A stretch of 64,000 bases of DNA, taken from positions 640,001 to 704,000 of the forward strand of contig CAWIXE010000001.1 in NCBI GenBank assembly GCA_963840035.1, read 5' to 3'. Below the pieces are notes generated by a model. The model was not told the origin of the DNA. It was given only the letters and a program-made list of their open reading frames with translations, and ran no database searches. Source of the DNA: a candidate division FCPU426 bacterium (GTDB taxonomy: Bacteria > Oederibacteriota > PGYV01 > Palsa-1178). How positions within the stretch are numbered: the stretch's first letter is position 1; each line of letters opens with the position of its first letter. A program made the position numbers and the translations under genes. Below, piece after piece: positions 30,418 to 40,391 of the stretch.

Positions 30418-31680
30418 ATGAAAAAAGCATACGACATAAAAGATATAAAGCTGGCTGCGGAAGGCAAAAGGAAGATCGAGTGGGCTGAAAAGAATATGCC
30501 TGTCCTGCGCCTTATAAGGGAAGATTTTAAGAAGAACAAGCCGCTTAAAGGGCAGACACTTGTGGCCTGCCTTCACATCACCACTGAAACGGCAAACCTT
30601 CTCTGGACGCTCAAAGAGGGCGGCGCGAATGTCATAGCATGCGCGTCAAACCCGCTTTCCACACAGGATGATACGGCAGCGGCGCTGGTTAAATACCACA
30701 ACATCCCGGTGTACGCCATAAAGGGAGAGTCAAACAAAGTTTATTACTCGCACATACTCGCGGCGCTTGAACACAAGCCCACGCTTACCATGGACGACGG
30801 GGCAGACACAGTCTCAGTAATTCACAAGACCCACAGGCACCTAATAGACGGAATCATCGGCGGCACTGAAGAGACCACCACCGGCGTAATCAGGCTCAAA
30901 GCCATGGAAAAAGAAGGCGTGCTCGAGTACCCGATAATCGCGGTAAACGAGGCAATGACAAAACATTTCTTTGACAACCGCTACGGCACAGGCCAGTCGA
31001 CACTGGACGGCATAATCCGCGCGACTAACGTGCTGCTCGCGGGACTGAATTTTGTTGTCGCCGGCTATGGCTGGTGCGGCAAGGGCCTGGCGATGAGAGC
31101 CTCGGGAATGGGCGCGAACGTAATCGTCACGGAGATAGACCCGATAAAGGCGCTTGAGGCAAAAATGGACGGATACCTGGTAATGCCGATGATAGAAGCC
31201 GCGGCTATAGGGAACGTATTCTGCACGGTAACCGGCGACATTAACGTAATCAGGAAAGAGCACTTCCTGAAAATGAAAGATAACGCCATAGTATGCAACT
31301 CCGGCCACTTCAACGTGGAAATCGACCTTCCGGCCCTTGAAAAGATTTCAGTCTCCAAAAGGGAAGTAAGAAACCTGGTCATGGAATACAAGCTGAAAAA
31401 TGGAAACAGGATATGTGTGCTTGCCGACGGCAGGCTAGTTAACCTGGCAACTGCCGAAGGGCATCCGGCCATGGTAATGGACATGTCCTTTGCCAACCAG
31501 GCGCAGGGCGCGGAGTACATGGTGAAGAACCACCTCTCGCTGGAGAAAAAAGTTTATAACGTCCCCGAGGATATCGACAGGAAGATAGCGGAGATAAAGC
31601 TGAAATCCATGGGAGTAAAGCTGGAAAAACTGACTGCCGAGCAGGTAAAGTACTTAAACAGCTGGCAGGAAGGGACATAA
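30418..31680 (+). CDS. ahcY: Adenosylhomocysteinase
   Basis: [44 protein letters not shown]. Confidence 0.97.
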   Translation: MKKAYDIKDIKLAAEGKRKIEWAEKNMPVLRLIREDFKKNKPLKGQTLVACLHITTETANLLWTLKEGGANVIACASNPLSTQDDTAAALVKYHNIPVYAIKGESNKVYYSHILAALEHKPTLTMDDGADTVSVIHKTHRHLIDGIIGGTEETTTGVIRLKAMEKEGVLEYPIIAVNEAMTKHFFDNRYGTGQSTLDGIIRATNVLLAGLNFVVAGYGWCGKGLAMRASGMGANVIVTEIDPIKALEAKMDGYLVMPMIEAAAIGNVFCTVTGDINVIRKEHFLKMKDNAIVCNSGHFNVEIDLPALEKISVSKREVRNLVMEYKLKNGNRICVLADGRLVNLATAEGHPAMVMDMSFANQAQGAEYMVKNHLSLEKKVYNVPEDIDRKIAEIKLKSMGVKLEKLTAEQVKYLNSWQEGT

Positions 31681-31737
31681 GAAGTTCGGAGGGTGGAGGG
31701 TTGAGTTCGGAGTCAAAACCAATACCCACATAAAATA

Positions 31738-31766
31738 GAAAAGGCGGGCAAAAGCCCGCCTTTTTA
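31738..31766. terminator. Bidirectional intrinsic terminator (ahcY / tRNA-Cys)
   Basis: AAAAGGCGGGC-AAAA-GCCCGCCTTTTT. Confidence 0.85.
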
Positions 31767-31771
31767 TTTAT

Positions 31772-31846
31772 TGGAGGTGGCGATCGGAATTGAACCGATG
31801 AATAAGGGTTTTGCAGACCCGTGCCTTACCACTTGGCTACGCCACC
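31772..31846 (-). tRNA. tRNA-Cys (GCA)
   Basis: Reverse complement GGTGGCGTAGCCAAGTGGTAAGGCACGGGTCTGCAAAACCC...GGTTCAATTCCGATCGCCACCTCCA, CCA encoded. Confidence 0.95.
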
Positions 31847-31949
31847 AAATCGTTTATTTGAAACAGGCATAATTATATAGGTTCGTGGATAATTTTTCAA
31901 GTTGTTTTTATGGGTCTTGCAGTTGATATTTTGAATTTTGTAATTTTTT

Positions 31950-32038
31950 CCCTCTCCCTCCGGGAGAAGGTAGGGTGAGGGGCAGGCAAAGGCATAGTAT
32001 TATTCACATCACCCCGGCCCTCTCCTAAATAGGAGAGG
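31950..32038. repeat. Palindromic CCCTCTCCC...GGGAGAGG/GGGTGAGGG-type intergenic element
   Basis: Two degenerate inverted halves. Confidence 0.55.
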
Positions 32039-32072
32039 TAGAAAAAACAGAGCGTTTATTAAGGAGGCTTTT

Positions 32073-32963
32073 ATGTTCAAAAACAGGACTTTGGCTTTTA
32101 TTGTTTTAACCTACGCTTTAACCGCAGTTTACTCCCTTTTATACCTGAAGTTTCCCTTAGCCGCGAAAGGGCCATCCACTGCCATTACCATGCTTTACAT
32201 GTTCCTGCCCATTATAGCCGCTCTCATATTGCAGGTAATTGTATACAGGGAGCCGGTTAAGGATATCGGCATAAACCTTAAGTGGTCCAACTGGTTCATT
32301 GTGGCGGCGCTGATCCCGGTGGTTTATGCGCTGTGCACTTTCGGAGTGTCCCTTCTCATCCCGGGAATTAAATATGACCCGGATATGGCCGCGTTTATGG
32401 AAAAGATGTCAAAGGCCATAACCCCGGAGCAGGTTGAAATGGCAAAAAAACAGATGGAACCTTTAAAGCCGTTTATGCTGCTCATTTCAGTTTTTCAGGC
32501 AATTATATACGGCATGACCATAAACGCAGTATTTGCCTTTGGCGAGGAAGCCGGCTGGAGGGGATTCATGCTCAAAAGCCTGCAGGGAAAAAACTTCTAT
32601 GCCGCGGCGCTTATTATAGGCGCTGTCTGGGGAATCTGGCACGCGCCGGTGATAATACAGGGTCATAATTATCCGGAACACCCGGTAATAGGCATTTTTA
32701 TGATGACTGTATGGACCATGCTTTTGTCGCCCCTGTTGTCATATGTAACCATCAAATCAGGATCAGTAATCGCGGCAGCCATATTCCATGGGGTCCTTAA
32801 CGCCTCCGGCGCCATTCCCATCATGTACATATCAGGAGGAAACGACCTGACTACGGGTATAACAGGGCTTGCCGGATTCATAACCCTGATAATATTCAAC
32901 ATTTTGTTATTTGTTTATGACAGGTATATGGCGAAAGACAAAATTATTATAGTTAAAAATTGA
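32073..32963 (+). CDS. CPBP (CAAX-protease/Abi) intramembrane metalloprotease
   Basis: GEEAGWRG, WGIWHAP, FHGVLN. Confidence 0.9.
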   Translation: MFKNRTLAFIVLTYALTAVYSLLYLKFPLAAKGPSTAITMLYMFLPIIAALILQVIVYREPVKDIGINLKWSNWFIVAALIPVVYALCTFGVSLLIPGIKYDPDMAAFMEKMSKAITPEQVEMAKKQMEPLKPFMLLISVFQAIIYGMTINAVFAFGEEAGWRGFMLKSLQGKNFYAAALIIGAVWGIWHAPVIIQGHNYPEHPVIGIFMMTVWTMLLSPLLSYVTIKSGSVIAAAIFHGVLNASGAIPIMYISGGNDLTTGITGLAGFITLIIFNILLFVYDRYMAKDKIIIVKN

Positions 32964-32999
32964 CGATTGTCGATTGACGATTAAAAGACGGCATTAATT

Positions 33000-33179
33000 T
33001 GTACTGTTAACATGTTCTGTTTACAGTCTTATGCTTGTCATTGCGAGGAGGCGTTTTTGTTACTTGCCGACGAAGCAATCTCGCTGTTCCAGAAGGAGAA
33101 AACGAGATTGCTTCGTCGCCACAAGCCAACTGCGGCTCCTCGCAATGACAAACTGTAAACACATCTTCTTAACAGTGCA
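33000..33179. mobile_element. ~180-bp MITE-like element with GTCATTGCGAG...GAAGCAATCTC palindromic core
   Basis: Ends TGTACTGTTAA/TTAACAGTGCA; ATTAATT on both sides; second inverted copy at 44849-45027. Confidence 0.7.
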
Positions 33180-33400
33180 ATTAATTGACAATTGACAATA
33201 GTCAATCGTTAATTACCTGCCCTTGACAACACGCCCTAAAAGCCCTATAATTAGCCTGTTTGTTATTGACGCGGATATGACCAGATAAGTTACTGGAGAC
33301 AGGAAAGGCAATAATAACGCCAGGCCGGTATTATCTATAAAAAAACAAACCCAAAACACAATATTTTTGGATTATTTAAGTGCATTGAAGGAGGTTTATC

Positions 33401-33979
33401 ATGGCGGACGAAGCAAAGAAAGAGGAAACAACAAAGGAAGAGCTAAAAGCTGAAGCACAGCCTGTTCCGGAGGTAAAGGAAAAGACCGTGGAAGAGCTTT
33501 TAAAGGAAAAAGACGATAAGATAGCAGAGATGACCGATAAATACCTGCGCGCGCTGGCTGAACAGGATAATTACAGGAAACGGGTGCAAAAGGATAAAGA
33601 AGATTTTGTGAAGTATTCAAAAAGCGAATCAATATCTGTCTTCCTTCCTGTTGTTGATAATTTTGAGAGGGCTGTTGCGTCGGCTGACAAGACAAAAGAC
33701 TATGGACAGCTTAAGAAAGGCATTGAAATGGTATTAAAACAGTTTGAAGGCGTCTTAAAGGAACTCGGCGCGAAAGAGGTGCCCACCAAAGGCGTTTTTG
33801 ACCCGGCTTTCCACCATGTCATGCATAAGGAGCACGTCGAAGGAAAAAAGGAAGGCGAGATAATCGAGGTTTACCAGAGGGGCTATATGATAGATGACAA
33901 GCTGGTAAGGCCGGCGATGGTAAAAATAGCGCATAACGCTGACGATAAGAACAAGAATCATCACGAAAAGAAACAATAA
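33401..33979 (+). CDS. grpE: Nucleotide exchange factor GrpE
   Basis: YLRALAEQDNYRKR, LPVVDNFERA, FDPAFH, GY.....LVRPAMV. Confidence 0.95.
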   Translation: MADEAKKEETTKEELKAEAQPVPEVKEKTVEELLKEKDDKIAEMTDKYLRALAEQDNYRKRVQKDKEDFVKYSKSESISVFLPVVDNFERAVASADKTKDYGQLKKGIEMVLKQFEGVLKELGAKEVPTKGVFDPAFHHVMHKEHVEGKKEGEIIEVYQRGYMIDDKLVRPAMVKIAHNADDKNKNHHEKKQ

Positions 33980-34108
33980 GCTGAAACTTAACCCTTAATT
34001 CTTATCTCTTACCCTTAGTATTTGGAATTAGGTTTAGGGCAAGGGCTAAAGGCTGAGGATAAGAATTAAGGATAAGGGTTAAGGTGAATAATAATATAAA
34101 GGAGTTTT

Positions 34109-35275
34109 ATGGCTAATAAGGATTTATACGCGATACTCGGCGTATCAAAAAACGCCACACCCGATGAAATGAAAGCCGCGTTCCGGTCAAAAGCGAAGGA
34201 AATACACCCTGACAAATTCCAGGACGCGACGGAAAAAAAGCACGCTGAGGAGAAGTTCAAGGAACTCGGCGAGGCATACAGCATATTAAACGACCCGGAA
34301 AAAAAGCAGAAATATGACGCCTATGGCTATGAAGGAATGAAAGGCAGCCCGGGTTATTCCAACGCAGGCGGCTTTTCAGGGGATATGGAAGACATGTTCG
34401 GCGACATATCCGACATCTTCGGCGATTTTTTCGGGTTTGATTCCGGAGCCAGGGGAAGGCGGGGCGGCGGCGCGCGCGGCGGCAAAAGAAGGCGCGCGGG
34501 CGAGGACTTAAGGTATGATACCCTGCTGACATTTGAAGAGATTGCTTCCGGAAAAAAGGAAGTACTTGAAGTTAACAGGAAGGAAGCCTGCGAAACATGC
34601 CACGGCGAAGGCATTAAACCGGGAACGTCGAGGACGCAGTGCAGGACCTGCGGCGGCGCCGGAAAAGTAAGGCAGTCCAGCGGATTTTTTTCTGTCGTTA
34701 CCACATGCCCGGCATGCGGCGGCGCCGGGGAAGTGGCTGAGGCGCACTGCGATGACTGCGGCGGCACCGGAATAAAGACAAAAAAAAGGAAGATAGAAGT
34801 GAAAATACCGGCCGGAGTTGACGGAGGGTCATATTTAAAACTATCAGGCGAAGGCCACGCCGGAATAAACGGCGGGCCCAACGGCGACCTGTATGTTGTC
34901 ATTAACATGGAACCGCATGAAATATTTAAAAGGGAAGGCGAGGATGTCATATTGCCGCTTCCAATCACCATTACACAGGCGGTACTTGGCGATGATGTCG
35001 TCATACCGACATTATACGGGGATTACACCCTGAAGATACAGCCGGGCACCCAGCCCGGCGATGTCATTAACATTAAGACAAAGGGATTCCCGCGCACGCA
35101 TTCACAGCAAAAGGGAGACCTTAAAGTGGTGATATCCGTGGAGACCCCCAGAAACCTAAATTCCAAGTTGAAAGACGCTTTTAAAAATGTTAAAGTGTTG
35201 GAGTCGGAAGATAATTACGGCGCGGTTAAGAACGCGTCTAAAACCTTTAAAAAGTATAAAAAAGAGGTGAAGTAA
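34109..35275 (+). CDS. dnaJ: Chaperone DnaJ
   Basis: J-domain HPD, G/F-rich region, four CxxCxGxG repeats. Confidence 0.96.
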   Translation: MANKDLYAILGVSKNATPDEMKAAFRSKAKEIHPDKFQDATEKKHAEEKFKELGEAYSILNDPEKKQKYDAYGYEGMKGSPGYSNAGGFSGDMEDMFGDISDIFGDFFGFDSGARGRRGGGARGGKRRRAGEDLRYDTLLTFEEIASGKKEVLEVNRKEACETCHGEGIKPGTSRTQCRTCGGAGKVRQSSGFFSVVTTCPACGGAGEVAEAHCDDCGGTGIKTKKRKIEVKIPAGVDGGSYLKLSGEGHAGINGGPNGDLYVVINMEPHEIFKREGEDVILPLPITITQAVLGDDVVIPTLYGDYTLKIQPGTQPGDVINIKTKGFPRTHSQQKGDLKVVISVETPRNLNSKLKDAFKNVKVLESEDNYGAVKNASKTFKKYKKEVK

Positions 35276-36580
35276 ATGGCTGAAGAGAAATTTGACGCGA
35301 TAGTTGTAGGCGGCGGGCCCGCGGGATTATCAGCGGCTCTGGTAATGGCAAAGGCAGGGATGCAGGTTATAGTGCTTGAAAGGGGTGAATACTGCGGGGC
35401 GAAGAACGTATTCGGCGGCATATTCTTCACCAATGTAATGAAGGAGCTTATCCCTGATTTTTTAAAGGACGCCCCCATTGAGCGCAACGTAACGAAAAGG
35501 CGTTTTGCGTTCCTCTCAGAGGATGGCGAGTTCGGCGGGGATTTCAAATTTGACAGGTTTAACAAGGACTATTCCAATAACTGCTTTACGGTGCTGCGCG
35601 CGAAATTTGACAAGTGGTTCGCGGAAAAGGCTGAAGCGGCCGGAGCCATGATCATAACGGGCGCTGTTGTGGATGACTTTCTTATGAAAGACGGAAAGAT
35701 AGCCGGCGTAAAAGCCAGGATGGACGACGGCGACATATTGGGCGATGTAATCGTACTCGCTGACGGGGTAAACTCGCTTTTGGCAAAAAAACTCGGCATG
35801 CACAAGGAACTCCCGCCGGAATCCACTATCGTGGGCGTGAAGGAAATACTTTCGCTTTCCGAGGAAAAAATACGCGACAGGTTCGGCTTAAACGGCAACG
35901 AAGGCGTGGCATATGAATACTTTGGAAACGCCGCCATGGGCGCGATCGGATCCGGATTCATCTATACCAATAAGGACACCATCTCAATAGGCGTGGGCGC
36001 GACCATCAAGTCGCTGCTTGAGCACAAATTAAACCCGAACGATGTGCTCGAACATTTCAAAGCCCATCCGTGCATCAAACCGTTCATCCGCGATACCGAG
36101 CAGAAGGAATACTCGGCGCACTTGATACCGGACGGCGGATATAAGAAACTCTCAAAACTCTACGCGGATAACATTGTGGTCGCGGGAGACGCGGCCGGAT
36201 TTGTCAACGCCACGCTTTTCCACGAAGGCACGAACCTTGCCATGGAAACAGGCCGGTTAGCCGGCGAGACGGCCGTTGAAGCCTTTAAGAAAAAAGATTT
36301 CTCGGCTACAGCCATGTCGCAGTACGAGACTAAGCTGAAAGATTCATTCGCCATGAGGGATATGAAGCAGTTCAAGCATTCAAGCGAGACCCTTGACCAT
36401 AACCCGCAGCTTTTTGACAAGTATCCGGCTTTAATGGGAGACCTTATAGCCGAACTTTTCACAGTCGACGGGGAGCCGAAATGGGCCAAGGAAAAAAGGC
36501 TGATGTGGAAGCTTTTAACTTCTGAGAATCCTTTAAGGCTTGCGAAGACAGCCATTGACATGAGGAGGGTAATCATATGA
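35276..36580 (+). CDS. fixC: FAD-dependent oxidoreductase FixC/ETF-QO-like
   Basis: GGGPAG, ERGEYCGAKNVFGG, TVLRAKFDKWFA, GFIYTNKD, EYSAHLIP, GDAAG. Confidence 0.9.
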   Translation: MAEEKFDAIVVGGGPAGLSAALVMAKAGMQVIVLERGEYCGAKNVFGGIFFTNVMKELIPDFLKDAPIERNVTKRRFAFLSEDGEFGGDFKFDRFNKDYSNNCFTVLRAKFDKWFAEKAEAAGAMIITGAVVDDFLMKDGKIAGVKARMDDGDILGDVIVLADGVNSLLAKKLGMHKELPPESTIVGVKEILSLSEEKIRDRFGLNGNEGVAYEYFGNAAMGAIGSGFIYTNKDTISIGVGATIKSLLEHKLNPNDVLEHFKAHPCIKPFIRDTEQKEYSAHLIPDGGYKKLSKLYADNIVVAGDAAGFVNATLFHEGTNLAMETGRLAGETAVEAFKKKDFSATAMSQYETKLKDSFAMRDMKQFKHSSETLDHNPQLFDKYPALMGDLIAELFTVDGEPKWAKEKRLMWKLLTSENPLRLAKTAIDMRRVII

Positions 36581-36855
36581 AACATTTTACAACCATGGAA
36601 GACAAGCTTGGCTTAAATAAATTCACGGCTTTTGAGAAGACGCACCTGAAGTTAAAGCCGGGTGTTGACCCGAAAGTGGTGGAACACAAACTTTTCATAT
36701 GCCCGGCAAAGGTATATGAATTAAATGACAAAGGCGAGGCAATAGTTTCATTTGAAAACTGCCTTGAGTGCGGCACATGCAGGGTTGCGGCGCCGGAAGA
36801 ACTTGACTGGGACTACCCTCAGGGCGGTTTCGGCGTAACATATAAGTTCGGATAA
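36577..36855 (+). CDS. fixX: Ferredoxin-like protein FixX
   Basis: ICPAKVY...ENCLECGTCR...WDYPQGGFGV. Confidence 0.9.
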   Translation: MKHFTTMEDKLGLNKFTAFEKTHLKLKPGVDPKVVEHKLFICPAKVYELNDKGEAIVSFENCLECGTCRVAAPEELDWDYPQGGFGVTYKFG

Positions 36856-36857
36856 AC

Positions 36858-37634
36858 ATGGTACTCGTATTTGACATAGGCAACACAAATATAACCATAG
36901 GTGTTTTCAGCGGGGCGCAGCTTCTTTTTGACCTGCGCCTTCGCACTAATATAGGATATACAGAGGACCAGTACTACGCGCACCTGCGCACCCTTCTTAA
37001 TGAAAAGCAGATTGAAAAGGAAGACATCGAAGGCGGCATAGTGGGCAGCGTTGTTCCGGCTGTGACCAGGACTGTCGTGGAGATGTTTAAAAAGTACTTT
37101 TCCATGATGCCGGTTTTAATGGACCAGAAGACAAAACTTAATGTAAAAAACCGCTATAAAAACCCCCGTGAAGTCGGCGACGACAGGCTGGCAAACGCGG
37201 CGGCCGGCAGGACATATTTCCCCGGCAAGAACCTCATCATAGTGGATTTTGGCACGGGCACCACATTTGACGCCGTGGACAGAAAAGGCAATTATCTCGG
37301 AGGGGCCATACTTCCGGGGCTGCACCTCTCGCTCAGGGCGCTTTTTTCCCACACGGCAAGGCTTCCACAGGTGGAGCTTAAATTTCCGGATAAAGTCATA
37401 GGCAATACGACTGAAACCTCCATACAAAGCGGCATCATGTACGGCGCGATCGCCTCACTTAATTACTTCATAAAAGGGGTAAAAAAAGAACTCGGCGCAG
37501 GGAGCGTAAAGGTCATATTAACAGGCGGCGACGCTGAAATGATACCTTTAAAGCTGATGGATGAAAAGAACGCGCATGTGGACTGCGATTTTACACTCAA
37601 AGGGTTTAAGATTATATACGATTTAAATAAATAG
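36858..37634 (+). CDS. coaX: Type III pantothenate kinase
   Basis: DIGNTN, SVVP, GDDR, VDFGT.TTFD, GGAILPG, TGG. Confidence 0.93.
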   Translation: MVLVFDIGNTNITIGVFSGAQLLFDLRLRTNIGYTEDQYYAHLRTLLNEKQIEKEDIEGGIVGSVVPAVTRTVVEMFKKYFSMMPVLMDQKTKLNVKNRYKNPREVGDDRLANAAAGRTYFPGKNLIIVDFGTGTTFDAVDRKGNYLGGAILPGLHLSLRALFSHTARLPQVELKFPDKVIGNTTETSIQSGIMYGAIASLNYFIKGVKKELGAGSVKVILTGGDAEMIPLKLMDEKNAHVDCDFTLKGFKIIYDLNK

Positions 37635-38030
37635 TCTCAGGACACAAGACTCATGTCCCAAGACTCATGACCCAGGTTGGACTTGGGACTTGGGTCTTGA
37701 GTCTTGTGACTAAAAGCCGCCTGGAAGATCAAATACCAAAAGCAATCAGACATATATGACCTACTGTATATACAAAAATAACTGACAACTAACAAAATAA
37801 CTGCTTGACAAAAATACAGAAAATGATATAACTTTAAATGCGCAGGGTTGAGCCTACCTTGTAGCTCGTAAAAACCCCTCTATATCCCTGCGCATTTTAA
37901 AAAAAGACAAAAAAAAGCCTAACGGCTTTAAATGGCCATATAGTTTCATATAGCAAAAACCAGTTTTATAATACCTAACAAGGTCCCATTTAAACTTGCA
38001 TGCTTGTAATTTCGCTGTTATTATATACTT

Positions 38031-38330
38031 ATGAGGATAAAACCGATTTTAAGCATAATAATTGTCTTTGTTTTTATGTCTGCATTTATTATTGCTTCCT
38101 GCGCGGCAAGGAAGCCTGATACGGTCATTTATGAAGAGCCGCTTAACGCGGTGCCTGCGGGATCCATGATTGAAACCACAGCCACAGCCGGAGCAATAAT
38201 CCCTGCGCCTACGGCAGCCCCGAAACCCTTCAAAATAAAAAGGAAAAAGAAAAAGGCTGTTTCCGCGGCGCCTTTACAGGATAGAGGGGCAATGCAGGTG
38301 TTCGACAGCACAGGCAATAAAATACAATAG
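38031..38330 (+). CDS. Small lipoprotein
   Basis: Lipobox-like IIASC after hydrophobic stretch. Confidence 0.6.
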   Translation: MRIKPILSIIIVFVFMSAFIIASCAARKPDTVIYEEPLNAVPAGSMIETTATAGAIIPAPTAAPKPFKIKRKKKKAVSAAPLQDRGAMQVFDSTGNKIQ

Positions 38331-38344
38331 AAAATGGTGCAAAC

Positions 38345-38794
38345 ATGAAAAAAGGCGTCGCGATAGTTTACCTCACAATCATCATGGTATTTCTCCTGGC
38401 TTTCCTGTTTTTTGACATCCGGGTGAAGGTTTCTGATAAAAGCGCCGGTGATTCAATGAAGATAGCCGTTATAAACATGGTTTCCGCGGAGACCAAGGAA
38501 AACATATCAGTGTGTGATGACGCTCTTGTCTCTAAAAAAGTAAAGATAAGCATCCCCAATAAAGGGCTTATAAGGTTCATGGCATCTTCCGATAAAATGT
38601 ACAATTTTGGTGCTGATGCAACGGAAAAATGGCAGGCAATTAAAGACGGGTTGAACGGCGCGGGATTGCTTGGGAACGGTTCAGGTGTGGCTGAAATAGA
38701 GGCGGCAAAGATTCCTGCCGCTCTTGAGATGCTAAATTCTGTGGGCAGTCTTTTTAATAAGGCCATGGATAACGGGTATGATTTTGATTTTTAA
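38345..38794 (+). CDS. Hypothetical membrane-anchored protein
   Basis: N-terminal TM helix; paralog of next ORF (E.W..IK, NGYDF). Confidence 0.65.
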   Translation: MKKGVAIVYLTIIMVFLLAFLFFDIRVKVSDKSAGDSMKIAVINMVSAETKENISVCDDALVSKKVKISIPNKGLIRFMASSDKMYNFGADATEKWQAIKDGLNGAGLLGNGSGVAEIEAAKIPAALEMLNSVGSLFNKAMDNGYDFDF

Positions 38795-38806
38795 GCTGTT
38801 GAAAGC

Positions 38807-39307
38807 ATGAAAGAAACTAACATAAAATCAAACAGGCCGGCAATTATAATTCTGATTGTCCTCGGACTGGTATTATGGTCCATCATTATGAGGTCGTGCG
38901 GCGACAGGGCGCAAAGGGCTGAGATGATAAACAGCCTTTTGCTGGAATGCAGGACAAACGGGGCAGTTCTTAATGTAATGGCAGCGGATGGAACGGAAAA
39001 CAACAGCGGGTTAAAACTCAAGGTTAAGGCTTTGAATGTTTTTATAGGAAATGAGAGAAAGTTCAGTTTCAGCAAAAGCGCAGGGGAGCGCTGGGACGGC
39101 ATAAAAAGAAAATTCCGGGAAAAAGGTCTGGTCATGGCAGGAATCGTTGACGCGGAGCTTAAACCCGGAAATGCGCTGGAAATGGCGGGGATTTACAGGG
39201 CGCTGTTTGACATGCTCCTTACTGCGGCGCAAAACGGATATGATTTTAAGTACAGGGAATCAGCAGCAGCCGGGAAAACAAGGCAGTTTGAAGAGGCGGT
39301 AAATTAG
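38807..39307 (+). CDS. Hypothetical membrane-anchored protein
   Basis: N-terminal TM helix; paralog of previous ORF. Confidence 0.65.
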   Translation: MKETNIKSNRPAIIILIVLGLVLWSIIMRSCGDRAQRAEMINSLLLECRTNGAVLNVMAADGTENNSGLKLKVKALNVFIGNERKFSFSKSAGERWDGIKRKFREKGLVMAGIVDAELKPGNALEMAGIYRALFDMLLTAAQNGYDFKYRESAAAGKTRQFEEAVN

Positions 39308-39315
39308 GGGGGGAC

Positions 39316-40188
39316 ATGGCAAAAAAGAAGATAAGGAAAGCAGTCAGGAAAACCGCGGGCAGGCCGCGCAAAAAAACTGTAAGGCCGCCGGCTGCGGCAG
39401 TAATTCCGGCGGCAGTGCCGGAGGCATTAAAAGCGGCATCAACGGAAGAAAGACTGAACCTCTGGGAGACCCTGAAAAATTCATGGGAGATATTCATAAA
39501 AAACATTAAATTTGTATGGATCCCCGCCGTAATAATTAACCTGCCTTTTATTTTTCTTGCCCGAATTGATTTCAAGGACATGCAGCATGCCGACTGGAGG
39601 GCTATTTTATACGCCTTCGCCGCGTTCGGGTTTATCGCGCTGTTTTTCAACACTGTCATATACAGGATATATGAGGGAAAGGAAAACAAGCACCCGGCGG
39701 CTTACGCATTCTCAAGGTTCCTGCCTGTAATGGGCGTTGGAATTTTATACATGGCCATATTATGCGCCATATTTTTACCGGCTGTTTTTGCCTTTTTGAT
39801 AATGAAGAATACTGTGGCGGGCATACTCATCGCGCTGCTGATAGCTTTCATCCTTTTAGTCCCGCTTTTTTATGTGAGTGTGGGATTTACTTTCGCCGGC
39901 ATTATAGCCATGTTAGAGCCGGAAACAGATAACCCATTCGCCAGGTCAATGAAAATCATAAAGGGAAACTTCTGGATGGTTTTCCTTGGCACGCTCGTAA
40001 TGGCAGGAATCAACCAGGCCATGAACCTGGTATTTTCGCCCATAGGCCTGCTGGTCAGGCTCTTTGACGGAAACATAACCGAATTCGGAGCGCAGATGAT
40101 ATCAGCCTGCATCTACTCGCCAATATACACGCCGTTTTATATGGCGTTTATTTTCGCGATGTATAAGGCTTTAAAGAATAAAGTGTAA
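39316..40188 (+). CDS. Polytopic membrane protein (YciC/GDPD membrane-domain-like)
   Basis: About 6 TM segments, RSMKIIKGNFW motif. Confidence 0.7.
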   Translation: MAKKKIRKAVRKTAGRPRKKTVRPPAAAVIPAAVPEALKAASTEERLNLWETLKNSWEIFIKNIKFVWIPAVIINLPFIFLARIDFKDMQHADWRAILYAFAAFGFIALFFNTVIYRIYEGKENKHPAAYAFSRFLPVMGVGILYMAILCAIFLPAVFAFLIMKNTVAGILIALLIAFILLVPLFYVSVGFTFAGIIAMLEPETDNPFARSMKIIKGNFWMVFLGTLVMAGINQAMNLVFSPIGLLVRLFDGNITEFGAQMISACIYSPIYTPFYMAFIFAMYKALKNKV

Positions 40189-40321
40189 CCGTACAATCTG
40201 CGTTTAATCAAGGGTGTTACAGCCGGATTTCCAAGGTGGGCGATTCGTGAATCGCCCCTACTAAGGCAGACAAAACATCCGTACAACCTTGAGCCGCAGC
40301 AAGCAGCGGCTCTACAAAACA

Positions 40322-40350
40322 AAAAACCGCGGTTTTTATGCCGCGGTTTT
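40322..40350. terminator. Bidirectional terminator
   Basis: AAAACCGCGG...CCGCGGTTTT between convergent genes. Confidence 0.75.
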
Positions 40351-40391
40351 GTATTTAATTAAAAATTAGAAATTAGAAATCAGAAATTGAT

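Noticed and set aside
31772..31846. tRNA-Cys as a prophage/island attachment site
   Set aside because: No integrase and no duplicated tRNA 3' end seen
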